From the NCBI RefSeq assembly GCF_009914755.1, contig NC_060945.1: a stretch of 64,000 nt of DNA; one strand, given 5' to 3'. Position 1 is the first letter of the stretch; each line of letters opens with the position of its first letter. Of this stretch, positions 1 through 17,296 are shown in pieces. Below the pieces are notes generated by a model. The model worked only from the letters and a program-made list of their open reading frames with translations, was not told the origin of the DNA and did not search any database. Made by a program: the position numbers and the translations under genes. The stretch is from the human T2T-CHM13v2.0 reference genome, Homo sapiens.

Positions 1-761
1 CTGGAACTGACAGGTGCCATTGTGTGAAAATCATGAAATCAAAGAAGCCATATTCATTTTCCCTTGAATGTCACTTAATACTGCAATGACTACATCTTTG
101 ACTTAACTACCGCTATTGTGAGCCAATATTTGTGGTTAAATTCTTTCTTTTACATTGAGGGGAATACTCTAATTTACTTTCTGGAGAATAAACAAAAAGA
201 ACAGATCTTTCTGATCATAACCTATCGCCTTGCCAATGGTGGTCACTTAAAAGTACTCGTTCAACCGCAATTCCAGGTACAAGTCCAGGTCTGTGAGAAT
301 ATTCATCAGCTTTCATCTGCAGTGACATTGCTTGCTCTGTGTCACACTAAGGGTGCTTGGGAAGCCTGCATTAGCAGCGATATCAAGACTCTACTCTTTG
401 TTCATGGACTGTAGGGAAATATTTGCACAAAAAATATGATTATTGTAAATATGTTTCAAAAATATTAACATTTACATGTCACTAATTTCAACTTGTTTTA
501 ATAAACTGTGATCTGAGTAACATTTTTGCCAAGCACTAAATATTGGAAATACTATTCTTAAAAATGATAATTCATACTAGTTATACTCATTCAAGTACTT
601 GTGTGACTCAAAGTATCATAAATCATAACTACAGAGAGACTTTAAATATCATTAACTTCATTTCCCTCATTTTATAAATAACCTGAAGCCAAGCAAGATT
701 TGTTAGGAAGTAATGTAACCCAAGATGGTGCATCAGTATCCTGACTTCCACACAATTGCAC

Positions 762-1057
762 TTTTTTTTTTTTTTTTGATGGAGTCTTGCTCTGTTGCCC
801 AGGCCGGAGTGCAGTCGCACAAACTAGGCTCACTGCAAGCTCCGCCTCCTGGGTTCATGCCATTCTCCTGCCTCAGCCTCCCGAGTAGCTGGGACTACAG
901 GCACCCACCATCACGCCCGGCTAATTTTTTTGTATTTTTAGTAGAGACAGGGTTTCACCATGTTAGCCAGGATGGTCTTGATCTCCTGACCTTGTAATCC
1001 ACCCACCTTGCCCTCCCAAAGTGCTGGGATTACAGGCATGAGCCATCACGCACGGCC
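762..1057 (-). mobile_element. Alu (AluY/Sc-like), full length
   Basis: Poly-T followed by gatggagtcttgctctg...cacggcc; young diagnostics cactgcaagctccgcc and tgttagccaggatgg; TSD acaattgcactttt / acatttgcactttt. Confidence 0.95.
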
Positions 1058-1141
1058 ACATTTGCACTTTTGTATGTTAACTACTTCTGCAAGGTATGAA
1101 AGGTTGAATTATATTCAGGTTTAAATTAAAGAATAAAATAA

Positions 1142-1629
1142 TGTTACTGAAACACCAGGAGTTTTGTCTAGGTCCTGCTGCTTACAACACATAATGCCAG
1201 TCATAAAGACAAGAAGTATTGCAGGGAAGAGGCTTCAATCTGGGGCGGCAGCTGAAGAGATGGGAGATCAGTCTCAAATCCATCTCCCTGACTGACTAAA
1301 ATTAGGGATTTATATGGGAAGGAAGAAATGTAACCATGTATGGGAAAACAGGAGTTAGGGAAGAGTAAAGAAAAGGAATTGGTCAATATGTGGTCAGGTG
1401 ATCATGATGGGTGAGAGGTCTGGTATCCCCTTGTCAGATGTGGTGATCTGGTGAATGTCAGTTCCTTGATTCTATCTTAAGCCCTGATGGCTGGTTTCCT
1501 GAGAAAGGAACTCAGATAAAACAAATGAAGCTTTTCAAGTTTCAAGACTGGGAGGAACAGTTTCTATGTTTATTCAAAGGAAACCACAGACATTGGTTCT
1601 ATGGGACAGCTTGGGTGGTTTCAGTAACA
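1142..1629 (-). mobile_element. ERV1-class (MER4-group) solo LTR
   Basis: Termini tgttactgaaa...tttcagtaaca (TG..CA inverted ends), ~490 bp, TATA-like motif on the minus strand; exact family not determined. Confidence 0.7.
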
Positions 1630-1879
1630 TTTCATAAACCCTGAGCAATGTCCTCAAATGTGTTTTGTTCTACCCACCTAGGGCCCCTGCACAGCTAATT
1701 TCTTGTCCAGTTACCTATTTTCTGCCATGTCTGAATGAACCTTTTATTGTCTGTTCCAGGAATGGACCTGAGCCCACTAAATATTATTTCTTAGCCAGCT
1801 GACACAATGTAAAGTTTTATGAGCAGGGGATGCTGAAAATACTTTGCAGAAAGAAAGAGCTTTTCTTCTTGGTCTAAGG

Positions 1880-2443
1880 TGCTCCTCGTGGCAGTATCTC
1901 ACAGTACATAGGGTATCCCCAGTGTCCAGCTCTGCAGTGCAGATGACTTCTCTAGTACTGAGTCATGCTGCACACACTTCTCCAGAAAACAGCTCCTGCA
2001 ATGGATAGAAGCCAGCAGCCCAAAGCCTACAGGATAAGCCAAAAGCATCCACAGGTTGTTTTGTAGAGGACTTACTCCAGTGGGTCACCTTCGAGTGAAT
2101 GGCTTTACTTGACACTCTAGAGGGCAGTTTCTGGCAAGTTCTACATGTGTGATGCCTCAGCTACTTCTCTGCCATTCAACAACTGTGCCCTCCCTAACAA
2201 GGTCTGACTTTGTCAGGAGAGATCTTGATAGGGAGGGTCTCTCTAACAAGGAGAGAATGGGGACCTGACTCAAGTGCCATTGATTGCCCATTATAGTTTC
2301 TATCCTACATTTTTAGAGTTCTTTTTACTTCTTACCAGCCAATTCCTCATTAATCCAATCTCCTAGTATAGTTAACATCCTTTTTCTTTGCTGTTCAAAT
2401 TGCTCGGCAGTATCTGTCTTCTCATTGCACCCTTACTGATACA
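1880..2443 (+). mobile_element. Old ERVL-class LTR remnant
   Basis: 3' end gttcaaattgct...cccttactgataca resembles ERVL-type LTR ends; 5' boundary uncertain. Confidence 0.35.
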
Positions 2444-2927
2444 CTTCTCTTTTCCTGGAAGTTTTAACTCTTCCCATATTTTCTTCATTATTTTATACTC
2501 ATCTTCCTGAATCCAGCTCAAATGTCACATTCTCAAGAAAGACTTTGAAATTCACCCTGAGATGAATTTATATTTTTTCTTCATTGACCTTATTGTTCCA
2601 TATACTTTTTTTCATAGCCTTTACCACAGTTTTAATGTTATATATTTCTGTGACTATTTGATTACTCTGCTATTCATCTCAAATTTCTATGAGGGAGGAA
2701 ACAGTATTTCTGTCTCTTTTTGTCAATGTATATTTAAATCCCTGTACCAGATCTGGCACACTGCAGTACCCTGTAAATATTACTGCAAGAATAAAACAAC
2801 ATCTTTAATAAAGCTTTAGATTGACTCTCAAAGTTTGGAGAACTTCTAGAGAAACAGGGTAGTTTCTGAACCCCTTTTGGAAAAGCAGAGAAGCCCTGAA
2901 GATTTAACGACTAAGAATTTAAAAATA

Positions 2928-3003
2928 TCAGGTTGGTGCAAAACCTAATGAAACTACTTTACTTTCAATGGCAAAAACCACAATTACTTTTGCACCAATC
3001 TAA
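2928..3003. mobile_element. MADE1 (Hsmar1-derived MITE)
   Basis: tcaggttggtgcaaaa...tactttcaatggcaaaaaccacaattacttttgcaccaatctaa flanked by TA on both sides; left arm partly degenerate. Confidence 0.9.
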
Positions 3004-4444
3004 TAAATAAATCTAAATATTGGTTATGGTAATTAAAATTAAAATTGTCTCTACAGAGTGACCAGTGAGGTAGTATTCTGTCTCTATGACCTATTCTGGT
3101 CTTGCTAAAACTTCCACATCATTTCTGGATTCCAAAATCTCTCTCGATTATTTTCTTATTTACATGATTTGAACTTTTTCTTCATACTATAGCCAACTAT
3201 TAAAATAATATGCAAGTTCCTCAGTATTCTAAAACATACTTCAGCCTGAAAGTACATTTAATGATTTTTTAATTTGATTAGTGAGAGGATAATGAATAGT
3301 CACGTAATCTGTTCCTGATTTTTGTAAGCCCAGCACTGACTGTGTATTATCCCATCCTAGTTTTGTCTGATTTTTATTCTTGCCTTTTATTGCTGGTTCT
3401 CCTCCGCTCCGCATCTTTACAAGGTTCCTAGTTTGTTTACCAGCCATTTTTCTTTACTCTCCAGAGATTTATTTATAAAATTTTCCTAAGGCTTTTCTTA
3501 TCTCAACTATTCTATAACTTTTCAAGAAATATTTACTTAATGCCAACTGATTTTTTTTATATTAATGAATCTCCAAAGATTCTTAATTTGATGATTTGAC
3601 TTGCATATTTTCTTATTTCCACTATAATTCAAATATGATCTAAACATTTTTAAATCTGTAAAGACACATTTTGTAATAAAGATTCCAATATCCTAATGCA
3701 GGGGGTAGTCCTAGAGTTACATTATGTATAACTTCATATATCCTATGGGTGCTTAGGATATATAACACTCATTCTCATCAGATGGAAATGCCAATAGTCA
3801 TGTGAAAATCATCTGTTGTTTTCTCCTCGCTTCATGGCCAAATATTCATCATTCTCATTTCAAGTTAAGATAAAATGTCAAAGCAAATATTTATTTTCCT
3901 AAGTCACAAAGTGAAGAGTCTCCAGGTCATAGTTCTTGGTGAAAACTAAAAAAAATTATGCCCAAACTTCACCATGCTGTTATTGTTCTGCCTTCCTTAG
4001 ACTTCGCTTATTTTGTAACATACAACATGTTTCCCAGTAACTACCAGGTCTAGCTCCTGAATACCTTCTCTTATTCTGATAACTGCCTTTTGTAAATACT
4101 CATCTTTTAAGTGCTTTACCTATCAATCCCTCATTTGTTTTACTGAAGTCAATATTGACTGTTTATCTTATTTGTACCACTTCAATTTAATGAATCAACC
4201 TACTGATTTTTCTTTTTTCCAAGTTACAATAATGATTATATTTTATCTCTCAAAATATTCTATCTTTATTCTATCCTTTCTTCTTTTAATTTGAAACTTC
4301 ATATGAGGATGTTTTAAAGTAATAATATCTATTCCATAGAAGGAAATCTTTTAATGGTCACTCTACATATATGCTTTCTAGAAATAGTAATCCCGACTTT
4401 TAAAAATATAATACGTATAGTCATATTTTGCACTACTATGAAAA

Positions 4445-4492
4445 GATAGATTGATAGATAGATGGGTGGGTAGATAGATAGATAAATAGAGA
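4445..4492 (+). repeat. (GATA)n-type microsatellite, imperfect
   Basis: gatagattgatagatagatgggtgggtagatagatagata. Confidence 0.8.
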
Positions 4493-4499
4493 TAAATAA

Positions 4500-4831
4500 C
4501 ACTGTAGACAAGGTAGCTTAGAGAGCAAACACTTATTTCTCACAGTTCTGGAGGTTGGTAAGTCCAAGATCAAGGCACTAGCGGATTCAGTATCTGGTGA
4601 GGATTCTCTTTCTAGTTTGCGGGAAAGTACTGTCTAGATCTTTTCAGTGTATTCTTACTGAATAAAAGAGAGAAAGATCGCTCTCTTTCTCTTTCTATAA
4701 GGACACTAATAAGGGGGCTCCACCCTTACAACCTAATTAACTCCAAAAGGTTCCACTTCCCAGTACCATCACATTGATAAGAGAGCTTCAACATGTGAAT
4801 TTGGGAGGATGGGAGTATTCAATTCACAGCA
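4500..4831 (-). mobile_element. MLT1A/B (MaLR) solo LTR
   Basis: ttatttctcacagttctggagg...tccaagatcaaggc...cttcaacatgtgaatttgggagg...cagca. Confidence 0.85.
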
Positions 4832-5923
4832 CACAGGAATCCTGAGTAGTTATTTTATCTACTAATCAGCTACACATTGATACAGGAAAAGGACTAGAAG
4901 GCAAGTCTAAGCAAGCAATTCTTGGACAAATGGGATTTACTATTAACAAATACGGTTTTCACATAAATTGCATGCAAAAAATATGAATACCTTCTGAATT
5001 ATTACAGCTGATCTGTAGTGTAGTAGTTGACAGTAAGGCTAAGAAATGAGGCCAATATGTATTATTAATAATTTGGGTGTACTTTTCTTTAATGTATAGA
5101 AGCATAAAAGTTATTAAAGCAAAGACTGAAAACTCATCTGATGCTCTTTCATCAGGCTTTGCCTAGGTTTTTCAAAAAATATGGATTTGAACTCCAATAA
5201 TCTAAAACAATGTGTTTTTTTACTTTTTTCCTCAGAAAATTGAAAAAAATCTCTAAATAGAGTCTGACTCAATTTTTTTAAGAATGCCATAGTCACTCCA
5301 CCCTCTATATAAGGGTATCTTGTGAAAAAATATATAAAATATATTATTTTATATACTAAATGCATTATATATTTATAAATATTTATATACATATAAATTA
5401 TTTCATTCTCATACCTCCTTATTAAGAGGAGAGTTATGGGGACTATATGTGGAGGAAAATGAGAATGGGGAACATGGAAAATTATCACAATCAGATAATA
5501 TAAAATGTTTATGGACACTACAATTGCGGAATTTGGTTTAGATAGGTCTTTGTCTATTCCCATGGGATAATAAAGTAGCTTGTGACCAAAAAACTTGTAA
5601 AACTCAAGATTTTAAGCATTTGAGAGAAAACACAAATATTTTAATATCCTATGGGTGGAGACAAATGGTGACACAGTAGGATTTGTGGCCATTTTTTAAA
5701 CGAAATATTTTTGTGGAGAGGATAATAATAGATAGGACATTATCACACTGGGAAATTGATATTGGTAGAAACTACCACCTTATAAGATTTCACAGATTGT
5801 CCATTTTGAAAATTATCAGAATCAAAATGGAATCACTTACCTCAAACCCTGGCAAAATTGAGCCAGGGGTCCATGAAGGGAGGATCTTCATGAATGTATG
5901 CCTAAAAACAAAACTGTTACAAC

Positions 5924-8679
<2,756 letters not shown>

Positions 8680-9298
8680 ATAACTTTTCACAAAGACTAC
8701 CAAAACTTTACACCAAAAATACTTCTGTGAGGACATCTGCCCAGTAACTGCCTGTTCAACCTTGTACTCACACCACCCTTGTTACTGATCCTTGTTGCCA
8801 AACTTTCCTTCCTTTATCTCCCTAAATATGCCCATAGCTTACTATGGCATCATATTCCACATTGCAATGTTCACTCCCAAAGAAACATATTATCTTTGGA
8901 GAATCTCTGTACATCTGTTATTTAGGTTGACAAAATATGTGTGTGTTTGTGTCAGAGAGGAGTGGGTGTGGATGTGCGTTTTGGTCTATGAAGTTTTACC
9001 ACATCTGTAGATTTGGATAATCCAAGAACAGACAAGATACAGAACAGTTCTATTACAAGGATCCCCCATGCTATCCTTTTATAGCCATATCCACACACAC
9101 TCCTATCCCTAAGCCCTGGAAAACATTAATTTGTTCTGCATCTTTATAAACTTTTTACCTCAGGAATGTTATATATGTTACTTTGCAAGCTTTTTTTCTT
9201 AACTCAGTGTAATTTCCTTGCATTGAATTCAAGTTGCTTAATGAATCAATAGTTTTCTCCTTTTTTATTGTTGGATAGGATTCCATGGCATGAGTATA

Positions 9299-9657
9299 TG
9301 ATATGGTTTGGTTCTGTGTCCCCACCTAAATCTCATCATGTACCTCCCATAATTCCCATGTATTGTGGGGTGGACCCGGAGGAAGATAACTGAATCATGG
9401 GGCCAGGTCTTTCCCCTGCTATTCTCCTCATAGCGAATGAGTCTCACAACATCTGACAGTTTTACAAAGGGGCATTTCCCTGTACAGACTCTCTTGTCTC
9501 TTGCTGTCACCATCTAAGAGGTGACTTTCGCCTTCTGCCATGATTGTGAGGCCCCCTCAGCCACATGGAACTATGAGTCCAATAACCTCTTTTTTTTTTT
9601 TTAAATTGCCCAGTCTCAGCTATGTCTTTACCAGCAGCATGAAGGTAGACTAATATG
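9299..9657 (+). mobile_element. THE1 (MaLR) solo LTR
   Basis: tgatatggtttggttctgtgtcccc...gtagactaata; perfect 5-bp TSD gtata. Confidence 0.93.
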
Positions 9658-10043
9658 GTATATGACAATTTGTTTAGCATTCACCTGTTGAAGGACATTT
9701 GGGCTGTTTCTAGCTACTGGATATTAATTAATAAAGCTGCTATCAACATTCCTGTACAAGTTTTTGTGTGAAAATACATTTTGATTTCATTAGGACAAAA
9801 GTCTAAGGAGGGAAACTGCTAGATCATGTGGCAAGAGTATGCTTAGTTTTATATGAAATTGCCAAGCTATTTTCTGGAATGGCTGTGTAATTAAGCATTC
9901 CCATTAGCAATGAATGAGTGATTCAGTTTATTTTCAAACTCAGAAAAAAAGATCGTGGTGATTTCACTATTTTTTAAAAATTATAACTGTTGTGATAAGT
10001 GTAGTAATATATCATTATTGGTTTAATTTATATTTCCTAGTGA

Positions 10044-10370
<327 letters not shown>

Positions 10371-10659
10371 AGTGTTAAACAACTTTTCATGCATTTATTG
10401 GCTGTCTGTCCTCATCAGTGAAATACATGTTCATGTATCTTTCTAATTGAATTATTTTTACTGTGCATTGTTTCGAGTCCTATATACATTCTAGACTCTG
10501 GCCCTTTGTTGAGTATGTTGCCTGCAAATATTTTCTCTCAGTCTCTGCCTGGTCTTTTCTTTCTCTTCATGGGGTAACTCAGAGATAAGTTAAAAAACAA
10601 ACAAACAAACTGATGAGCTCTAGTTAATCAATGGTCTTCAACCATTATTTCTTCAGACT

Positions 10660-12060
10660 CACAGACACACTCTGCTTTTTGTATCCATATTGAACTCTTA
10701 TCATAAGAGCAGTGAAGCAATTCCATCAATATTGATCTGTTCTCAAATTCACTGATTCTGTTTCCTTTCATCTCTAGTCTACATTTATCCTATCTAGCAA
10801 GCTATTTTTTCCTCCCTGTGATTGTATTGTTTAGTTCTATAATTTCCATTTGGTTCTCTTTAATAACTGATGGAATTATTTGATATTTTCTATTATGTCA
10901 TCTGTTTCAAAAGAATTTTTAGTTGCTTTTTGCAATTAAAGCATTTTTGTGCTGATTGCTCCTAAATCCTTGTCAGATAATTGCAACCTCTGATTCTGCC
11001 CAGTGTTGTCACTTGATAGTGTTTTCTCATTCAAGTTGATGATTTTCCTGATTCGCAGTATAAAATTCTGTCTTTTGTTAGAAGATTACAAGTCCTCCTG
11101 AAGTCTTTATTTTAGCAGGTAACCACCTAGTCTAAGTTTAGCAAGCAGAGCCTGGCCTACTTTTATGGACTGTGGTTCCAATGACAACTTCATCTTTAGA
11201 GTCTTTATGGTGTTATTTTGATTGCTTGTTGGGTGCCTTATGATACCACTGGGCTCTCACTGGTCTTTACTGGTACTGCCTGGTGGCCAGAAGATGCTTT
11301 CCCAGGCCTGGACTCATAGTGCCTCGATCTAGAAAAGGGAGTCTCCAGTCTTTAGAAAGAGTCTTTCCCTGGCAGTGCCACTCATTGTGACAGATTTTTC
11401 TCTCGTGGGCGCAGCCCAGTGTCTGGTGTTTTGGGTTGGGGAGGGGAGTCTCAGGCACACAAGAACAAGCATTAGTTGTGGCAGAATTTTCCTTGCTGCT
11501 TCTGCTCAGTTGACCAATGTCTCTCGGTAAAGAAGGGAGTCTCTGACCCACAAGGATGGATGGCTTCCTGGGCCAGCCTGGTTATGATGGCAAGATCCCC
11601 CTGCCAGTGCTTCGAGACCCCCTAGGTTTCCCTTAATGTGTGTGCCTGTGTGTGGCAGGGGTGAGGGAGGAGTGGGAAGCAACCATAGTCCTTGTTCACT
11701 AGCCTTGTCTGCTTTGGTCATCAGCTGGTGTCACTATCAGTCTCCATTCCTGATACTGCTGGGCTGACCTGGTGTTATTGAAAGGACTCTTATTCAATCT
11801 GGCAGAGGAATGAGCCTACCTGATCTGCCTTTTGATGCAAAATTGGGGATGGGGAAGCGGTGGGCCTGGCTTGCTTTGTTCTGTTGAGTGGGCATCAAAA
11901 GACCTGTTTCTTTAATCCTGAGACCTCTAACATCTGCCTGTCTTTCAGAGTTCTCTCTCTCTTTTTATTTTTTCTCTTACAACTTCCAGTGTTTGTGGTT
12001 GTACGTAGTTGAGAGGATCAAGAATAAACAGGCCTATCCTATCTTATCTGAACCAGAAAT
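10660..12060 (-). mobile_element. Degenerate ancient L1/HAL1-like segment
   Basis: T-rich antisense L1-like sequence ending ggcctatcctatcttatctgaaccagaa. Confidence 0.4.
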
Positions 12061-12250
12061 AATTTTATCTTCTTTTAAATTACACTAGGACCCCCAAAAA
12101 GCACACCTGCTGGTAGTATCCTTAAAAGTGAGAATAATCTTTACATAAAATGTTGGTTTTATGATCACATAAAATAATACTTAAAGTGGTAGCTTTAATT
12201 ATCATTATCTTTATTATGTTATTATTGTTGTCATTTTATCATTATTATTA

Positions 12251-12646
<396 letters not shown>

Positions 12647-13929
12647 TTATATTAAAGTACATACCAAAAGAGTCTAATTTAATGATAACACAACAGGAAC
12701 AGAGAAGAGCATATAAATCTCACCTATTATCTATTTAACCAATACTAAAAACAACAGTGAAAATTAAAATATTGGAAGTTCCTAAAATTTTGAAATACTC
12801 TGAACAACTTAGAGGAAATTTTAGTTTTCATAAAATAATTAAGAAGTAATACTTATATTAATTTTAATATTTATATTCTTCACCTAATTAAAGCTGAATT
12901 ATGAAATACAACTGTCACTCAAACATTTTAGGTTTATATTTACTGTATTCATATACGTTTTTGTTTCAGAAATGTTTATTGGAAGTAGTATAAATTTCTA
13001 TGAGGAAAGACTTGAAAAGTTTTATCTGTGACCCCAAGAAGATCACAGTCAATGTGAAGTAGGCTAAAAATGGTCCAAGAGCCCATTTTAGAAAAATAAC
13101 AGTCTTTGTTCAAAAAATACCTTGAAATCATTAGATATATTACAAGAAGCCTTAAGTATAGAGTCTGGAAAAGACATTGAAACAAAGACACAGCTAGACT
13201 CTTCTGCACAAGTCTTCTGCATATCAGTCAAATATAAAATGAAGAAAAATAAAGATTGAAAAGCTAAAAAAAATTGTATGCAATTATATTCCAGATATAT
13301 TAGGTCTTAATTAATGTATTGATGATTTCAATAATAAAATGCCCATTGTTGTCTAAGAAAAAAACAAAACAAAAAAAACAGCTGTGAAAGAGGCAACAGG
13401 AAATTTGTAAAAAGAGTAGATCCCAGGGAATGGAGCAGGAAACTGAAGCTTTTAAATAAGGGAGCCAGTAAGATATTTCTGATAATTGGTTAGGCAAAGT
13501 GCTTTTAAGAACTGTGTTAACTAACATTCAACTTGAAGTTTTTTATGATGACATGATGTAAACCTTATTCATTATCCTATTCCATCAATGGACTTAACAC
13601 ATAATTTTGGAGGAATGTGAAAGAATTTTCATAGTGTCTAGAATGTAGTGATTAGCAAACAGTGTATATGGAACATTGTGATAACCCACACACTTAAAAC
13701 AGTTCTTTGAAAATAGTCTTAGCTGAGATAACTGGGAGAAGCATAATATCTCATTTTTTTCCAAGAATTATTTGCAATAATGAAACAGATACTGGGTCCC
13801 TTAGAATACAACATTTGGCATTTTGGTCAATTGCATTTGAAATACACTGTGAAAATTGTTTGGTATTACATGGTAATTCCTGCTACATTGGAATCAGGAC
13901 CAAGATTATTGGACCATGATAAATGACCT

Positions 13930-15050
13930 TATGTCTGCTTGGAGAAGTCAAGTTTTTATAGGTAATGCTTCAGCTGAAATTGAAAAGTATGTATGACTCT
14001 GTCAGGTAGACAAGGAAAAGGCAAAACGTTTCAGAAAGATAAAATGACCTGACAAAGTGTAGAGGCATGAAAGGAATAGGTATATGGAAGCAGGTAGTTT
14101 TTGGCATGGCTTGAGTATAAGAGACAGATGGAGAAGAATGAGAAGTTGGAGCTTGGGATGATAGGAACTCTCAATGTCAAGTTAAGCATGATACAAATAA
14201 AACTTTATTTTATAGGCAATAGAGAACTGGAGATCCTTAAACACTTTTAAAGAAAGAAGGCATGTGCCCTATCTTAACTGTTGGAAAAGTAAGTCATGCA
14301 TGTATATAGTATAGTTGGGAGGAAGGTAATGCCAGCAAAAAATAAGAGTAGACTATGAGAGAATTCCATTTAATTGATGATAGGTGTCTAAAGTAGAACA
14401 GAATAGAGCCACAGAAGTAGAAGGAATTGGTGGATGTTGAAACATTGCTAATGAGACTAGAAAAAGACTGTCCACAGAGATCTGAGACAATCTGGAAGAT
14501 GTTGATGGCTTTCACCAATTTCCAAAATAAATACGTAAGACAGTATAAGCTTTGATGAGGTAGGATGAAAAGACTGAATTCAGCTTGAGGACTCTGTGGA
14601 ATATGTACATTGTCAGTAATCAGGTGATCCAGAACTGTCTAGGAAGGCTGATGTTTTCTATCCAGGAAAAAAGATAAGTGACTACTTGTCAGCAGGTAGT
14701 TGAAGGTTACAGTCTAAATGAGATGACTCAAGTAGATTTGTAAAGTGAAAAGAAAACTGGGAAGAAGATCAAGCTCTGCTGCACACCAAATGCACCAAAA
14801 TAAGTATTCTTTCCTGGGCTGGAGATTTGGGAAGGTCTAAAACATAAGGGAAGAAGCAGGAGTAGAGAAAAAACAAAAAAAGCGTGTCAATAATCAAAAA
14901 CTTGATCAATAGTATCAGAAGTTGCAGAGAAGTCAGGTAAGATAAGGCCTGAAGTGCACCCTTTGGATTAGTGCATGTAAAGACACTGGTGACTTTATAA
15001 AAAAATAATTTCAGCGAAATAGTAAGAGCTGGTTCTGGGATGAAGTATGT
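13930..15050 (-). mobile_element. LINE-2 remnants
   Basis: Purine-rich L2-like motifs such as gagaagtcaggtaagataaggcctgaag...ctttggattag...ctggtgacttt. Confidence 0.5.
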
Positions 15051-17212
15051 TGAGCCATCAAGGTACAGGGAGAAGGTAATGGCAGTGGCTGGTTAATTTC
15101 CTAAAGAGCATGTCTATGAGTAGAAAAGATAATTTCACTTCAAATAATATCATAAATGAAGAAATTTTTTTTCTGATATTGCTATCTGAGAGCAATTTGA
15201 AGTCAGCAGGTAGAGAGAGAGAAAATGAGAGAGGGAGAGAGAGAGAGAGAGGAGAGAAGAGAAGCTGAAGGTATCGGAAAGAAAGGAGATACTTAATGCA
15301 GTGTGGTGTGGAGAAGATAACAGTAGATGAGGCCATCCTGAAGGTGGCAGTAAAGATCACAAAGTACCCACATTAAGTTTTAAGACAAACTTGTAAAACC
15401 AGAAGGAAGAAAGTCAGAACATTTAGATGTATGTATAATTTGATGTTTAAGAGTTTAGGGTCTTTCCACATTCAAGTCTTGATTTTTACTGTGAAATAGA
15501 ATAAAAGCAATCTCTTGAAGATGAGGAGGCCAAAAATTATCTACTTGAGAAGAGTGATAAAATTTTGAAATAGCCAGGCAGATGGGAAATACATCTGACA
15601 AGGGTGGTATTATAGGATTTGTAGAACAAAACTAAAATTAAATATCATAAAATTGAAGTGGCAGAAACCCACAAAATTATACATTTTTTTCCAACAGCTT
15701 TCAGAAGATGGGCATAGGACTGATAAATGCAGCTGGCAAAAGTCTACCACATTTGGGCTTTGTATAGCAAGGACATCAGAAGAACAGCATCGTCAGAAGG
15801 GAGGGTACAGTGATTATGGTGGAACTGCATTATAAACTCCAGGCTTTTTGGAAAAACCAAGTTCTTAGACAAAAGAAAAGCTAATAGACATTAAAAGAGA
15901 TAGAAGTCAAGAGAGTATTGATTAGAGTAAGGGCTGACGTGTAAGCATGGTTGGCAGACCCACCCCTAATATTTAAGGTGCCCGGGGCCAGAATGTTATT
16001 AGAGCCCCTTCTATTACTTACCTAAATATTTGAAAGTAGTAAATCAAGACAAATTATTAATGCAATGTGATTGATGCTACTTTGACAATTTATCCTTATA
16101 AAAGCATGAAGGAGGGAAGTTCCACTTCAATATGTGGTGGTTCAGGAAGAGCCATTCCTTAGACCCTGATGTCCATTCCTCTCATCCCAGCCTCAGCTCC
16201 ATCCCATGCTGAGGGAGATCTGACCACACGTGTGTCACGCAGGTTCTTGTGCCCAACATCCTTTACAACCTTCTCAAATGGCTTGTGTCTAAGGACGTGG
16301 ATACCACAAATGGGTCCTCTGAGGAGAAAAGAGCTTCATAAAAAATCTGTGCAGGCTACAGAGGCAGGAACAAGGCCAGTTAGGCCAGGAATTCCAGCAT
16401 CCTGTTATTCAGCGTATAATCTGAGAAGGAGGTGCAAGGTCTCCAAGTGAGCACTTATACTTGGCCCCACAAACTCTTCACCCCTCAGAAGGGGTGTAGT
16501 ATAAAAAGGGAAGACTAAGGCCTTGCAAAGAAGACCCTCTTTTGGGGTCCAAGGGGTAACATTGGTAGGATAAGGATTAAGATTATTAATGATTCCAATG
16601 TGGAATACCAGGGTTGAACATTCAATAGGTAGGACATTCATGATAACAGAAAGAGATGTAAGACATGTGTGCTTAAGAGATTGAATCATTAAACTCTATA
16701 TATTTTATTGAATCATTGAAATATACATATATTTGAATCATTGGAAAAAGGTATATATATGTATATATATGTATATTTATATCAGGTTAAGGCACTAAAG
16801 AACCTTCATGAAGCTAGGTCTCCAGATTAATCTACTGTCAGATACTCGAGTCTTCAAGGTGAGAACAAGAGTTTGAGTGGAGAGGACCTGGTGAAATGGG
16901 AGCAAAAGACTTTGACAGGTGAGGAGAAATGTCGAGGTTCAGTAAAGGGTGATAATGGGCAGGAAGGGATGACACAACCAAAGTACAGAAGAAGTTTGGG
17001 TTAAAGCTGACATAGAATCTTTGCAAGAGACTAGGAAAAGGAAGCTGTCACTGCTTTAGAGTCCTGTCATCATCAGGGCATGGGCAAATAAGCATTCATT
17101 ATTCTAGGGAGAAGAGATGGGTTTCAGTGAGGGAAAAAACCCAGAAGCAAAGAGGATGAGCTCGAGGAGCAGAGAATTGCTAACACACTTTGGTAGAAGC
17201 CATGACTACTTC

Positions 17213-17296
17213 CACATGTATACATATGTAACTAACCTGCACATTGTGCACATATACCCTAAAACTTAAAGTATAATAATAATAAAATAAAAAAAA
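17213..17296 (+). mobile_element. Very short 5'-truncated L1PA (3' UTR end plus poly-A)
   Basis: cacatgtatacatatgtaactaacctgcacattgtgcacatataccctaaaacttaaagtataat; TSD gaagccatgactact at 17196 and 17331. Confidence 0.93.

Noticed and set aside
5114-5563. 149-aa ORF
   Set aside because: Low-complexity AT-rich translation (I/Y/F-rich) with no plausible start codon or domain
15955-16500. GC-richer segment, possibly an ancient DNA-transposon fossil
   Set aside because: Could not assign termini or a family with confidence
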